64,000 nt of DNA from Bacteroidia bacterium. GTDB taxonomy: Bacteria > Bacteroidota > Bacteroidia > Chitinophagales > BACL12. The notes under the pieces are model-generated. The model did no database searches. It saw only the letters and a list, made by a program, of their open reading frames with translations, and was not told the origin of the DNA. The translations under genes were made by a program, and so were the position numbers. Shown here piece by piece: positions 46,459 to 56,152 of the stretch. The stretch's first letter is position 1. The number at the start of each line of letters is the position of its first letter. The stretch covers positions 5,908 through 69,907 of the forward strand of contig JAUIHG010000001.1 of assembly GCA_030432405.1 (NCBI GenBank), given 5' to 3'.

Positions 46459-48591
46459 CTAGAAGTCGGTTACCGTCCGTTCTCCCCCGCCAATGGCGTA
46501 AAGGACTTGCAATCCTCCAATGGGCTTGTTGATGCCGTACTGGATCACGCCGCTGGAGGAGTTCTGATAGCCGATGAGGGGAAAGGTTCCCAACAGCCCC
46601 CATTTGTCGGCCACGTCGAAATACAGGCCAGCGTTCAGGCCGGCGCCGTAAAACACATCGGTATCGGTTGATGTGCTGCTTTCCATGTAGCCCATGAAAT
46701 TGTATTTGCTGAAATCCGCGCCCACCTCAGCGGTGATGCCAAACATGGGCTGCACCGGACCGTCCAATTCAATGGGATAGGCCTGCAGCATGGCTTCCAC
46801 ACCCACCATAATGTTGCGTTGGGTATTCGTTTCCTCCATGCCAAAGCCGCCAAAATCAAACGTGCTTCTGGAACGGTCGTAGCCAACCCCCACATTGGCC
46901 CCAACCAGGAAATTGTCCAGCACAGGAACCATGGCGCCGGCGCCCGCACGAACACGGCCATTATTGCTTTTTCCGTTTTGGCCATCGCCCAGCCAATGCC
47001 AGTAGCCCAGGTTGCCGCAGCCTACAATGCCGTCGTGGGCTGTCGGATCAAAGCCGGAGATGCGGGGCGTATAGTAGCGGGTGCGTTCGCCGGCGGAGCC
47101 GGCATTAAAATCATAGGTGGCGGAGAAGCTGGGCGCCTTGAGGTTGAGCGAATGGAAAAACAACGTCTCCTTGTACCCGAAGGCCGTCGATCCATCCGCC
47201 TTGAACGTTTCCGAGCGGTATTGCACCAGCGGGATGGAAAGACCGGCGGAAAAGCCTTCGGTCAGCTGGGCCTGAATGCCGTAATAGGCGCCCACCCGCC
47301 AACCGGTGATGTTGTCCTTTGATTCCGTGCCGCCAAAAGGGCCGTCGAAGCGGTATCGACGGCTGCCCAAAATGCCCCCGGCATGCACACCGGCGAAGGG
47401 CTGCACCGGTCCTCCGCATCCGAAAAACCAATCAAAAAACGCGTCGATCTCGCTGCGGCATTCGCTGTTGACCACGTCTCCGAATTTGTCCCGCTCACGG
47501 TCGTAGGTATAGGCCAGTCCGGCTACCGCCGAATTGAAAACCGGCATGCCCCCGCGAACGCCCACACAACTGTAGCTCAAGGTGCCGGAGTTGACGTAAT
47601 TCTCAGCGTTGTAGCCGCCAAAGGCGGTCACGATCGGTCCGTCAAAAGGCACATTGCCAGTGCAACCGTCGCCGCCGTTGATGCAGGGGTCGTCGCTATA
47701 GCCATACCCTGCATTTTGGGGACCGGCCTGATCCATCAGATCTTCCGCCGTTTTAGGCTCCTCGTCCAAGGCCGTGCGTGGGTCCTCCTCTTCGTCGCGG
47801 TCCTTCTTGCAACAGGCCAACTTCTTGACGTAGTAGAGCGTGTTTTCGGTTTCGGCCGTCAAGGCCAATCCAGCTCCCACAGCTTCCCCGGCGTACATCA
47901 TGGAAATGGGCACCACATAATCGATGGCGTAGCTTTTTATCCGGCCCTGTTCGGGCGAACAATCGCACGCATACAGCACTTGGCCGTGCAAATGGTATCC
48001 CGGCGCAGCGTTCCCATCGTTTGGGTTGCCGTCCACCATGGCCACGCGCAAATCCGGTTTGCAGGGTTCATTGTTTCGGGTTTGGTAGAGCCAGGTATCC
48101 TTCATGCGTTCGCGGAACGCGCGCAAGGCTTCAAGCTGCTCCTCCGTGAGGTCATCCGGCAGGGCCGCCATGAACGCATCCCGGTCGGCGGTGCTGCTCA
48201 GGGCCGTCAGGGTGGCGGCGCGGCCGGCCGGATCCAAACCGGATAGCGCGGCGTCCAGGTCCTGCATCAAGCTGCGGACCATGCTGTTGTCCGCCTGCTT
48301 CAAACCGGCTTGGGCGGCTTTGTAGGCCTGTTTGAGCGCGGCATCGTAACAGCGCTTTTCCAGGTGCTTGGCATCGGCCACGGTATTGGCCGGGGTCGGC
48401 TCTGGCAAGCTGAGTTCCCGGATGGGGTTTACCAGTCCGTCGGTGCCGAGTTGGGCCTTCGCCGGAGGCGAAAACAAGAGGCAGGCCAGGAGCATCAGAC
48501 TGAGCGTTCCTGCCTTTGCGGCCATAGCAAAACCACGGCCTGATCCTAAGCGCCTATGGCGCCGGATCGGCGAAAACAAAAAAGAAAGCAT
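46459..48591 (-). CDS. Exported protein: Cys-rich N-region plus two tandem outer-membrane beta-barrel-like domains (start 48591 or 48525)
   Basis: Signal peptide ..AKA-Q; two internally similar halves containing GPVQPFAG and GPVQPMFG with alternating aromatic/Gly strands. Confidence 0.75.
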   Translation of the reverse strand: MLSFLFSPIRRHRRLGSGRGFAMAAKAGTLSLMLLACLLFSPPAKAQLGTDGLVNPIRELSLPEPTPANTVADAKHLEKRCYDAALKQAYKAAQAGLKQADNSMVRSLMQDLDAALSGLDPAGRAATLTALSSTADRDAFMAALPDDLTEEQLEALRAFRERMKDTWLYQTRNNEPCKPDLRVAMVDGNPNDGNAAPGYHLHGQVLYACDCSPEQGRIKSYAIDYVVPISMMYAGEAVGAGLALTAETENTLYYVKKLACCKKDRDEEEDPRTALDEEPKTAEDLMDQAGPQNAGYGYSDDPCINGGDGCTGNVPFDGPIVTAFGGYNAENYVNSGTLSYSCVGVRGGMPVFNSAVAGLAYTYDRERDKFGDVVNSECRSEIDAFFDWFFGCGGPVQPFAGVHAGGILGSRRYRFDGPFGGTESKDNITGWRVGAYYGIQAQLTEGFSAGLSIPLVQYRSETFKADGSTAFGYKETLFFHSLNLKAPSFSATYDFNAGSAGERTRYYTPRISGFDPTAHDGIVGCGNLGYWHWLGDGQNGKSNNGRVRAGAGAMVPVLDNFLVGANVGVGYDRSRSTFDFGGFGMEETNTQRNIMVGVEAMLQAYPIELDGPVQPMFGITAEVGADFSKYNFMGYMESSTSTDTDVFYGAGLNAGLYFDVADKWGLLGTFPLIGYQNSSSGVIQYGINKPIGGLQVLYAIGGGERTVTDF

Positions 48592-48669
48592 GTGCGTTGT
48601 TGTGTTTGTTCCACAGGGAAAGTACAACGGCACACGGTGTATTAAAAATCTGCATCCGTTCCAAAGGCC

Positions 48670-49452
48670 TTATTCAGCCTCGGAGAAGTGTGGATACTGC
48701 ATATCAAAGCTGTCCAGCACTTCAGCAATTTGCGTGAGTATGACGTGCTCTTTCCACCAGTTTTTGTTGGCCGGAACGATGGTCCAGGGCCGCTCCGGAC
48801 CGCAGTGCTTGAACACGTCCTCATAGGCGGCCATGTAGGCGTCCCAGTGCTTGCGCTGTTCCCAGTCGCCGGGGTTGTGCTTCCACATTTTGTCGCGCTC
48901 CTCCATGCGTTCGCGCAGTTCATTTTCCTGTTCCTCGTAGGAAATGTGGAGGTAGAACTTCAAAACGACGGTTCCGTTGTCCTCCTCCAGGAGCTGCTCA
49001 AAGTTGTTGATGTGGCGGAAACGCTGCTGCACTTTTGTTTCGTCGATCCAGTGGTGCACGCGCTGGATCAGCACGTCTTCGTAGTGCGAGCGGTTGAAAA
49101 TGGCCACCTGCCCGCGCTCCGGCACTGCCTTGTGCACCCGCCAGAGGAAATCGTGTTTCATTTCCGTTTCCGTGGGCTTCTTGAAGGACGTGATCCGGCA
49201 ACCGATCGGGCTCATGCCTTCGAGGATGGCGTGTATGGAACCGTCTTTGCCCGCAGCGTCCATGCCCTGCAAAACGATCAGCAAACTGCGCTTGCCTTCG
49301 GCATACAACAGGCGCTGGCGCTCGCGGATATGCTCCTGCAGTTCCTTGTTGCGGTCCTTGATGGCGCCTTTGTTCGCATCGGCAGGTGGGTCGGCGGAAA
49401 TGGCGCTGAGTTTGGGCGGCTGGAAATCGGCGGTGGATCGGGTATCGGACAT
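48670..49452 (-). CDS. ppk2: Polyphosphate kinase 2 (class III-like)
   Basis: LQGMDAAGKDG Walker A, SFKKP, HDFLWR, FNRSHYEDVL, PWTIVPA. Confidence 0.93.
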   Translation of the reverse strand: MSDTRSTADFQPPKLSAISADPPADANKGAIKDRNKELQEHIRERQRLLYAEGKRSLLIVLQGMDAAGKDGSIHAILEGMSPIGCRITSFKKPTETEMKHDFLWRVHKAVPERGQVAIFNRSHYEDVLIQRVHHWIDETKVQQRFRHINNFEQLLEEDNGTVVLKFYLHISYEEQENELRERMEERDKMWKHNPGDWEQRKHWDAYMAAYEDVFKHCGPERPWTIVPANKNWWKEHVILTQIAEVLDSFDMQYPHFSEAE

Positions 49453-49544
49453 GGCTGCAAGTTGGGCAATCTCTGGATTCCGTTGGGTCGGGTTGGCCGT
49501 TTGTCGTGCCCAGCGCGGCTTTCCCAGCGCGCGGATCGGCTGCA

Positions 49545-50057
49545 TCAGGCCTCCAGTGGCCCGATCGGTGTGCGGTCCAGGCCCACCGGGAAGGCATCCG
49601 CCTTGCGGAGTTCGGCAAATGCGTCGGTACGGGGAAGTTGGCGGACCAGGGCGGCCAGGGCTGCGGGCGCTTCGCGCACGGTGCGCGCATCCAGATCGAT
49701 CCAGCAAAAGGTACACCAGGCCTTGACCGCCATGTGCCCGTTGGGTGCATACACCGCCTGTGCAAAGCGCACAAAACGTTCGTCCGCAGACAAGCCATCG
49801 AGGGCCAGGCTGACGCGCAGCACCGACTCCGGCGGACACTCGTGCAGGTAAAACACCCGGTCGCGCAGAATGGCCGGTCCGACGCGTTCCCGGTCAAAAT
49901 CTGCCTGCGCAAAACCGCCTTCCCGAAACCAGTCCATGCGCGTCTGGATCATGTAATGGCCATAAGCCGTATTGGCCACATGGCGGTTGACGTCCAGGTC
50001 GTCCCAACGCACACGGAATTTCCGCAGGTAGGGCATGTTGGAGGAGGTGGATTCCAT
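49545..50057 (-). CDS. Acyl-CoA thioesterase (4HBT/FcbC hot-dog fold)
   Basis: VRWDDLDVNRHVAN..Y, WIDL..R. Confidence 0.88.
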   Translation of the reverse strand: MESTSSNMPYLRKFRVRWDDLDVNRHVANTAYGHYMIQTRMDWFREGGFAQADFDRERVGPAILRDRVFYLHECPPESVLRVSLALDGLSADERFVRFAQAVYAPNGHMAVKAWCTFCWIDLDARTVREAPAALAALVRQLPRTDAFAELRKADAFPVGLDRTPIGPLEA

Positions 50058-50075
50058 GGAAATGGAACGGTCGGT

Positions 50076-51131
50076 TTAATTTGATTTTGGCACCTTGGCG
50101 CGCTGCGGACCGTACGGCACCGGTTTGGCCTCCCGAAACGGCGCCAAGGGAAACTTGGCCGCCTGCCGGCGAAGCCATTCCCGGTCCGTGACGTCCAGCA
50201 CCCTTTCGGCTTTGTTGCTTTTGGAAAGCGAACCGGTGTTGCGGTTTTTCCAGGATTCGCCGGAGGCGATCACCCCGGAAGCCCTGTCCTGATACGCCAT
50301 GACCGCCTCATCCCAGGGCAGGCCCAAAAACGAAAGCACGGGCCGGAGGGTTTCTTCCGGTTTGGCCACCAGGTCTTCGTAGCAGACAAAGGCATGGCCC
50401 GGCCGGCCAATCAGCGCACGCTGCAGGATGTATTCTTTTTTCCAGCGCTTCCAGGCCGTGCTGACGCTGCCCTGGCGGAAGGCTTCGCCGTGGCGTGTGC
50501 CTGCGTCCACGAGGCTGGCCACCTGGTCGACAGGGTCGCGCAGCATGTGCACGATGCGCACGGCGGGGTCGGCCGCACGGAAGAGGTCGGTGTAATAGAG
50601 GTGCAGCGGGGTCTTTTCGAGCCACACCGAGCGGCCCGCTTCTGCGGCCAGCGCGTCCAAAACCGAAAACAGGCCCCGAGTCCAGGCGGTGGGGTCGGCC
50701 AGGGGTTTGTCCGGGAGGCGCTGCACCGCCGCAGCCACGGCTGCGGCCTTGGCAGGGGCCGCGGCTTCCGGTAAAGGCTCCGCCTGGCCACCCGCACCAG
50801 CCTCACCGGCTACGCCGGCCAACAGGCCATGCTCGGTTAAAAAGCGCTCAACCCGGTCGCGGGCCGCACCCGGGTCGCCTGGCATAACGCTGCGGAAACG
50901 CCGGAGCCAAGGCTGCTTGGGCACGCTGTAGTCCCAAAAATGCGTTTCGGGCAGCGTGTAGACGGCCGGATGAGCGCCCAACATGCTCTGCAAGAGCGTG
51001 GTACCGCCGCGCGCGGTGCCCACCAGGAAGCAGCGGGTTTTCGCCGGAGGCGCGGCAGCTTGCGCGCGTGCGTGCGCGGCGGCCTGCGCAGAGACTTGAG
51101 GGCGGGCTTCGGAAGGTCGGCTGGACGGCAT
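50076..51131 (-). CDS. Sulfotransferase family protein
   Basis: FLVGTARGGTTLL (PAPS loop), PETHF, EKTP, RDP, YEDLV..PE. Confidence 0.88.
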   Translation of the reverse strand: MPSSRPSEARPQVSAQAAAHARAQAAAPPAKTRCFLVGTARGGTTLLQSMLGAHPAVYTLPETHFWDYSVPKQPWLRRFRSVMPGDPGAARDRVERFLTEHGLLAGVAGEAGAGGQAEPLPEAAAPAKAAAVAAAVQRLPDKPLADPTAWTRGLFSVLDALAAEAGRSVWLEKTPLHLYYTDLFRAADPAVRIVHMLRDPVDQVASLVDAGTRHGEAFRQGSVSTAWKRWKKEYILQRALIGRPGHAFVCYEDLVAKPEETLRPVLSFLGLPWDEAVMAYQDRASGVIASGESWKNRNTGSLSKSNKAERVLDVTDREWLRRQAAKFPLAPFREAKPVPYGPQRAKVPKSN

Positions 51132-51364
51132 ATTGCGGGCCTTCTGGCCCGGGCTTGAAGTTAAGCTCCTTTGCTGCCCGTGGCTTTCGCCCTTTGGGCG
51201 CCCCAAACCGCAACCCCGCCCTGCCCGCTGCGTACGCCTTGTTTCGGCGCAAAAGCATCCAAAACGGCCCAGCAACGCCGCTTTTGCCGATCTTTGCCCC
51301 CGACTTAGCGTACCTAGTACACTAAGCCTTCGCCTGCAAAGGCCCTCCCTTCAACAGACTGCAT

Positions 51365-53074
51365 ATGAACCCCAACGCCACCTGGCATCACCCCTACGAA
51401 CCTGATCCGCGCTTTGGCAAGCGCGTGGCCTACTTCTGCATGGAGTACGGCATCCATCAGCCGCTGAAGATCTACTCCGGCGGCCTCGGTTTCCTGGCCG
51501 GCAGCCACATGCGCAGCGCCGCCGCGATGAAGCAGAACCTCATCGGCATCGGCATGCTGTGGAAATTCGGCTACTACGACCAGTACCGCAACGAGGACAA
51601 GACCCTCCAGCCCGTCTTCATCAAGAAGTACTACCCCTTCCTGGAGGAGACCGGCATCATTGTCCCGGTCTACATCAACCAGCACCAGGTCCTGGTCAAG
51701 GCCCTCTACCTGCGTCCGGAGATCTTCGGCACCGTGCCGATGTACTTCCTGACCACCAACATCGAGGAAAACGACCACCTGGCCCGCTCCATCACCGACC
51801 GCCTCTACGACGCCAACCACGAAACCCGCATCGTCCAGAACATCATCCTGGGCGTGGGCGGTGCCAAAGTGGTCGAAGCGCTCGGCGGCACGGACATCTA
51901 CCACCTCAACGAGGGCCACGCCCTTCCGGTGGCCTTCCACCTGTACAGCAAGTACCGCGACATGAGCGAGGTGCGCCGCCGCATGGTCTTCACGACCCAC
52001 ACGCCGGAAAAAGCCGGCAACGACGAGCACGACATCTACCTCATGGACCGTCTGGGCTTCTTCAGCGACATCCCCGTCGACGAAGTCAAGCAGCTCACCG
52101 GTCAGCACGGCCACTCGCTGAGCTATACCCCGGCGTGTTTGACCTTCGCCAAACGGGCGAACGGCGTGAGCCAACTGCACGGCGCGGTGAGCCGCGGCAT
52201 GTGGAAGGACGTGCACGAAGGCTGCGAAATTGTGGGCATCACCAACTCCCAGAACAAGGCCTACTGGACGGATCCCGCCATTGAAAACGCCCGCCTGGCC
52301 GGCGATGACGAGGGGATGCGTTCGCGCAAGCGCGAAATGAAAGCCGCCCTCTTCGAGGAAGTGGCCAACCAGACCGGCAAGCTGTTTGACCCCAATGTGC
52401 TGACCATCGTCTGGGCCCGCCGCTTTGCCGCATACAAGCGCGCCGACCTGATCATGCGCGACCTGACGCGTTTCAACCGCCTGATTACCAACACGGACCG
52501 CCCCATCCAGATCATCTGGGCGGGCAAGCCTTACCCCAAGGACGAGGGCGCGATCTCGCTGTTCAACCACATCCAGAAGTACACCTACAAGCGCAAAAAC
52601 GTGGCCGTTTTGGTGGGCTACGAAATGGCGCTGTCCAAGCTGCTCAAGCAGGGCTCGGACGTGTGGCTGAATACGCCGCGCCGTCCGCGCGAAGCCTCGG
52701 GCACCAGCGGCATGACCGCCGCCATGAACGGCTCGGTGAACTTCTCGATCAACGACGGGTGGATTCCGGAATTCGCCAAGCATGGCGAAAACTGCTTCCT
52801 CATCCCCGCTGCCGAACCCGGCCTGCCGCTCAACCAGATCGACGACCTGGACCACGGCAACATGATGCGCATCCTCGAAGAGGAGCTCATCCCGGCGTAC
52901 TACGGCAAGGGCGGCGAGTGGCTGAAAATCGTCAAGCAGTCCATGCACGACGTGGCCCCGCAATTCGACTCCGACCGCATGGTCACCGAATACTACGAGC
53001 AGCTCTTCAACTACGACATGGACGTGCAAGGCCGCGGCGCGCAAAAGCGCGAAGCCGCCGTCCAGGCGAACTGA
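51365..53074 (+). CDS. glgP: Alpha-glucan phosphorylase (GT35), short form, PLP Lys replaced by Thr
   Basis: YSGGLGFLAG, HLNEGH, FTTHT, NGVSQLH, ARRFAAYKRA, EASGTSGMTAAMNG, DGW. Confidence 0.92.
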   Translation: MNPNATWHHPYEPDPRFGKRVAYFCMEYGIHQPLKIYSGGLGFLAGSHMRSAAAMKQNLIGIGMLWKFGYYDQYRNEDKTLQPVFIKKYYPFLEETGIIVPVYINQHQVLVKALYLRPEIFGTVPMYFLTTNIEENDHLARSITDRLYDANHETRIVQNIILGVGGAKVVEALGGTDIYHLNEGHALPVAFHLYSKYRDMSEVRRRMVFTTHTPEKAGNDEHDIYLMDRLGFFSDIPVDEVKQLTGQHGHSLSYTPACLTFAKRANGVSQLHGAVSRGMWKDVHEGCEIVGITNSQNKAYWTDPAIENARLAGDDEGMRSRKREMKAALFEEVANQTGKLFDPNVLTIVWARRFAAYKRADLIMRDLTRFNRLITNTDRPIQIIWAGKPYPKDEGAISLFNHIQKYTYKRKNVAVLVGYEMALSKLLKQGSDVWLNTPRRPREASGTSGMTAAMNGSVNFSINDGWIPEFAKHGENCFLIPAAEPGLPLNQIDDLDHGNMMRILEEELIPAYYGKGGEWLKIVKQSMHDVAPQFDSDRMVTEYYEQLFNYDMDVQGRGAQKREAAVQAN

Positions 53075-53123
53075 GCCGCGCTACATGCTGTGCGGGGTTG
53101 CTGTTGAGCGGCCCTGAAGATTT

Positions 53124-53159
53124 AAGCCCCCATCGACCGAGAGGTTGGTGGGGGTTTTT
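53124..53159 (+). terminator. Rho-independent terminator after glgP
   Basis: AAGCCCCCATCGACC-GAGA-GGTTGGTGGGGGTTT followed by T-run. Confidence 0.75.
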
Positions 53160-53189
53160 GATGCCCGGGCCTCAGGCCCATTGTGGCCT

Positions 53190-53897
53190 TTAACGCTCCG
53201 GCACCATCTCCACCTCTTGCCCATCCTCCAACAACACCTTCCGATCCATCGCCACGTACACCTCCCGGCAAGGGTTGCAATGGTTTTCCAGCACCTCCCA
53301 GCGCAGCGGGTAGGGCGGAAAGGATTCCCGGTCCAATTCGGGCACCCCCCAATCGGTATCCGGATAGGCTTTTTGTACCACGGCCAAAGCCTGCTCGGGT
53401 GTGAGCAAACGGCCCTTTTGAACCGCCTTAACGGCTTTGGCGGCCTGGCTTAGGTATAGCTGCATCCGTTCCACTTCATTGTCAAAGGAAAAGTCGGACA
53501 GGGATACGGTGTCCCCGATGAACGGCAGGCTGAAGGGGAATTCAAGGGTGTGTGCCGGTTCGGGCAATGCCTTGAACACAAACATCAGTTTGGCGTGGTG
53601 CAGCGAGTCCGTGTCGTCCACGGATTTGTACCAGAGCCGGCTCCGTGTGGAGTCGAGCGTCCAGTAGTTGGAAGCGTTCGCCAAAGGCGTATTGGCGTTG
53701 ATGAAGGCCTGTGCGGAAGCAAGCACCCCGGCCCAATTGCGCGTGTAGCGCTGCCTGGGGGTCTCCATAACCTGGGTTTGGCTTCCGTCTGGAACCGTTT
53801 CAATTGCTTGTGCACATAAACAAATCGGCGCCCAGACCAACAGTGCCAAGCTCCATGTCAGGGGCCTCCATGCCGTGTGCACTCGTCTCGGTTCCAT
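53190..53897 (-). CDS. Hypothetical exported protein
   Basis: Signal-like N-terminus ..LCA-Q; CxxC near C-terminus. Confidence 0.6.
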   Translation of the reverse strand: MEPRRVHTAWRPLTWSLALLVWAPICLCAQAIETVPDGSQTQVMETPRQRYTRNWAGVLASAQAFINANTPLANASNYWTLDSTRSRLWYKSVDDTDSLHHAKLMFVFKALPEPAHTLEFPFSLPFIGDTVSLSDFSFDNEVERMQLYLSQAAKAVKAVQKGRLLTPEQALAVVQKAYPDTDWGVPELDRESFPPYPLRWEVLENHCNPCREVYVAMDRKVLLEDGQEVEMVPER

Positions 53898-54053
53898 GCC
53901 CCAAAGATCGACCAGGATCCGCCAAAGGCGAATACGTCCTTCGGGTGCAAGGTGATCCCCGACTTCCCCTCAGGTGCCCAAAATCACCCCGTTGACGTGT
54001 GGTGGCGCATAGCTTTATCCAATACGATCCGCCAATCCAAATCCAGTGGTACC

Positions 54054-54512
54054 ATGCCTCTGAAAACGTGTACACACATCCTTGTTGCGGCCTTGATGGC
54101 CTCTTGTGGGGCGGCTGATCAGGCCAAGCATACGCCTACAGCAGAAGCAGTACAGGAAGACGCCGAACTGCACAGCCATGCTGTTGACATCCGGTTGAAT
54201 GCAGGTAAAAAGTGGGCTGTCAATGAAGCGATGAAGCCACATATTGAACTGGGACGCTCGGCTTTGGATGCTTACATCCAGGAAAAGAACACCGACCATC
54301 AAGAACTTTCCAAAACCCTTGAAAGGCACAACCAAGCCCTGATTCAGAGTTGTACCATGACCGGAAAGAGCCACGATGAACTCCACAAGTGGCTGCATCC
54401 ACACATGGGTCTGATCCGCGCATTGTCGGAAGCCCGAAACGAACAAAAAGTCAGTGAGATCATCAAGGGATTAGAACGATCGTTCCAGACCTACGAAGAC
54501 CATTTTCAATGA
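54054..54512 (+). CDS. His-rich helical lipoprotein (DnrO-like)
   Basis: Lipobox MASC; LNAGKKW..N, CTMTGKSHDELHKWL, Y..HF. Confidence 0.75.
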   Translation: MPLKTCTHILVAALMASCGAADQAKHTPTAEAVQEDAELHSHAVDIRLNAGKKWAVNEAMKPHIELGRSALDAYIQEKNTDHQELSKTLERHNQALIQSCTMTGKSHDELHKWLHPHMGLIRALSEARNEQKVSEIIKGLERSFQTYEDHFQ

Positions 54513-54796
54513 ACCTGAGCGGATTGCATACAACGGGGAAGGCCGTCAGCGCCAAGCCCCTTTCGGATAAACTGGAATCAAAAGCTGTTTCCATTCAAAT
54601 GCGGGAAGGGGGGCTGCTGAAAGAACACTGCACCAAGACCCCTGCCCTGTTATTGTGTGTGTTGGGGTCAGTGGAATACGGCGATGAAAATGGAAACACC
54701 GTTAGGCTCCTACCGGGCGATATACACCCTATTGAACCCCTGGTCAAACACTGGGTAAAGGCCTTGCAGGACAGCCAGCTTTTGTTGCACAAATAG
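54509..54796 (+). CDS. Cupin domain protein
   Basis: LKEHCTKTPALLLC..G...Y...G..I.P.VKHWVKA; ATGA overlap. Confidence 0.85.
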   Translation: MNLSGLHTTGKAVSAKPLSDKLESKAVSIQMREGGLLKEHCTKTPALLLCVLGSVEYGDENGNTVRLLPGDIHPIEPLVKHWVKALQDSQLLLHK

Positions 54797-54850
54797 CCGC
54801 TGCTGCTGGTCGGCCGGCAATGCCCTGGCAAGCCGCCCGTTTTCATTGCC

Positions 54851-55720
54851 TCAATTGAAGGCGTAGGCAAAACCGATCGATACGGTGCTGAAGTGCAGCC
54901 AGTTTTTGACGTAGCCGTCGCTTGGCGGATCGGGGTTGTCGGAGGTACCGACCGCACCTCCACCGAGGTAGCGCAGGTTGAGAAAGGCACGGACGGGTTC
55001 GATAATCTGCACGCCCGTGCGTAGGCTGGCGTCCAGAATGGCGCCGGTGACTTCGTTGTCGCTGCCGTTCAGGTAGCTGACCGGCGCGTAGATGCCGTCG
55101 GCTTCAAGTTCCAGGTCCCAGTGTTCCCCGAGTTGGGTATTGGTGCGGATTTTCAAGGCGGGTACGGGACCAACATCGCGGTTGGTGCGGAAGCGGTTGC
55201 CGCTGCCGGATTCAAAGGAGATCGTAGCGTTGCGCAACTGCAGGCTGGCACCGATGGCAAACCCCCATTGGTCGTTGTTCGGCATCAACTCCCGCAGGTA
55301 ACTGATGCGGTAGAACGGGAAATTGTAGAGCAGTTTGACGCTGCTGTTGGCGGGAAAAATCAGATCGTCGACAATCAAGTCTTCGTTGAGCAGGACCTGG
55401 GTCTCCAGGCGCAACGGTTGGTACAAAAAGACAAACGTGTTGCGCTCGTTGAAGTCCAGCTCTACGGAAAAGCGCGTGACGGGAAAGAGTACGTCCTGCC
55501 CGCCGTCTTCGCGGTAGTCAAAATAGGTGCCGTTGTTCCCGAATTGGACCTTATGGTCCAAAACCCCTACAAAGCCGATTTCGGCAATAGCCCGGAAAGC
55601 AGGATCAGACGAGCTGCTCTCGCCTTCTTCGGGTTCGTTGGTGGTTATCTGATAGCCGTTCTGCGCGGTTGCCAGCGCGCAAAACGATAAGGTCAAGAGC
55701 AGTACGGCGATTCTGTGCAT
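54851..55720 (-). CDS. Outer-membrane beta-barrel protein
   Basis: Signal peptide, amphipathic strands, C-terminal GFAYAFN. Confidence 0.75.
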   Translation of the reverse strand: MHRIAVLLLTLSFCALATAQNGYQITTNEPEEGESSSSDPAFRAIAEIGFVGVLDHKVQFGNNGTYFDYREDGGQDVLFPVTRFSVELDFNERNTFVFLYQPLRLETQVLLNEDLIVDDLIFPANSSVKLLYNFPFYRISYLRELMPNNDQWGFAIGASLQLRNATISFESGSGNRFRTNRDVGPVPALKIRTNTQLGEHWDLELEADGIYAPVSYLNGSDNEVTGAILDASLRTGVQIIEPVRAFLNLRYLGGGAVGTSDNPDPPSDGYVKNWLHFSTVSIGFAYAFN

Positions 55721-55810
55721 ATCCATAGATAGTTGGTGACGGTATCCAAAGGCAACCAGACGCATAGGGCTTTGGTTCACCAAAAGCCGCACGAATTCAA
55801 GAAAGTTGAG

Positions 55811-56152
55811 CTAGTTGCTCCACACCGCATAACGCTTGCGGCGCAGCTCGAGGGTGAGCTGCTTTTCTGCCGCCAGGGCTTCCTTGCGCGTTTTGAAAAC
55901 CGGCAGGTGCTCGTAGAGGCTGGGGCGCAGGTAGATGCCATAGCGCTGTACGATGTTAGCGCTCAGTTTTCGCCCTTGGGCGTTGCGGTGACCTTCCTTG
56001 TGCTGTTGGAGGCGCTCCTGCGGCGTCTTGCTGGTCTGGCCCACGTAAAGGCATTCCAGCATGCCGTTGAATTGCGGATTGGCGGCACGAAAGCGCGCGT
56101 GTTCGGTGAACACGCGGCGCGAAAGCTCCACAACGTACACGCGGTAGGGCAT
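55811..56152 (-). CDS. Small GIY-YIG nuclease-like protein
   Basis: YRVYVVEL...LYVGQT....RLQQH...EALAAE. Confidence 0.75.
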   Translation of the reverse strand: MPYRVYVVELSRRVFTEHARFRAANPQFNGMLECLYVGQTSKTPQERLQQHKEGHRNAQGRKLSANIVQRYGIYLRPSLYEHLPVFKTRKEALAAEKQLTLELRRKRYAVWSN

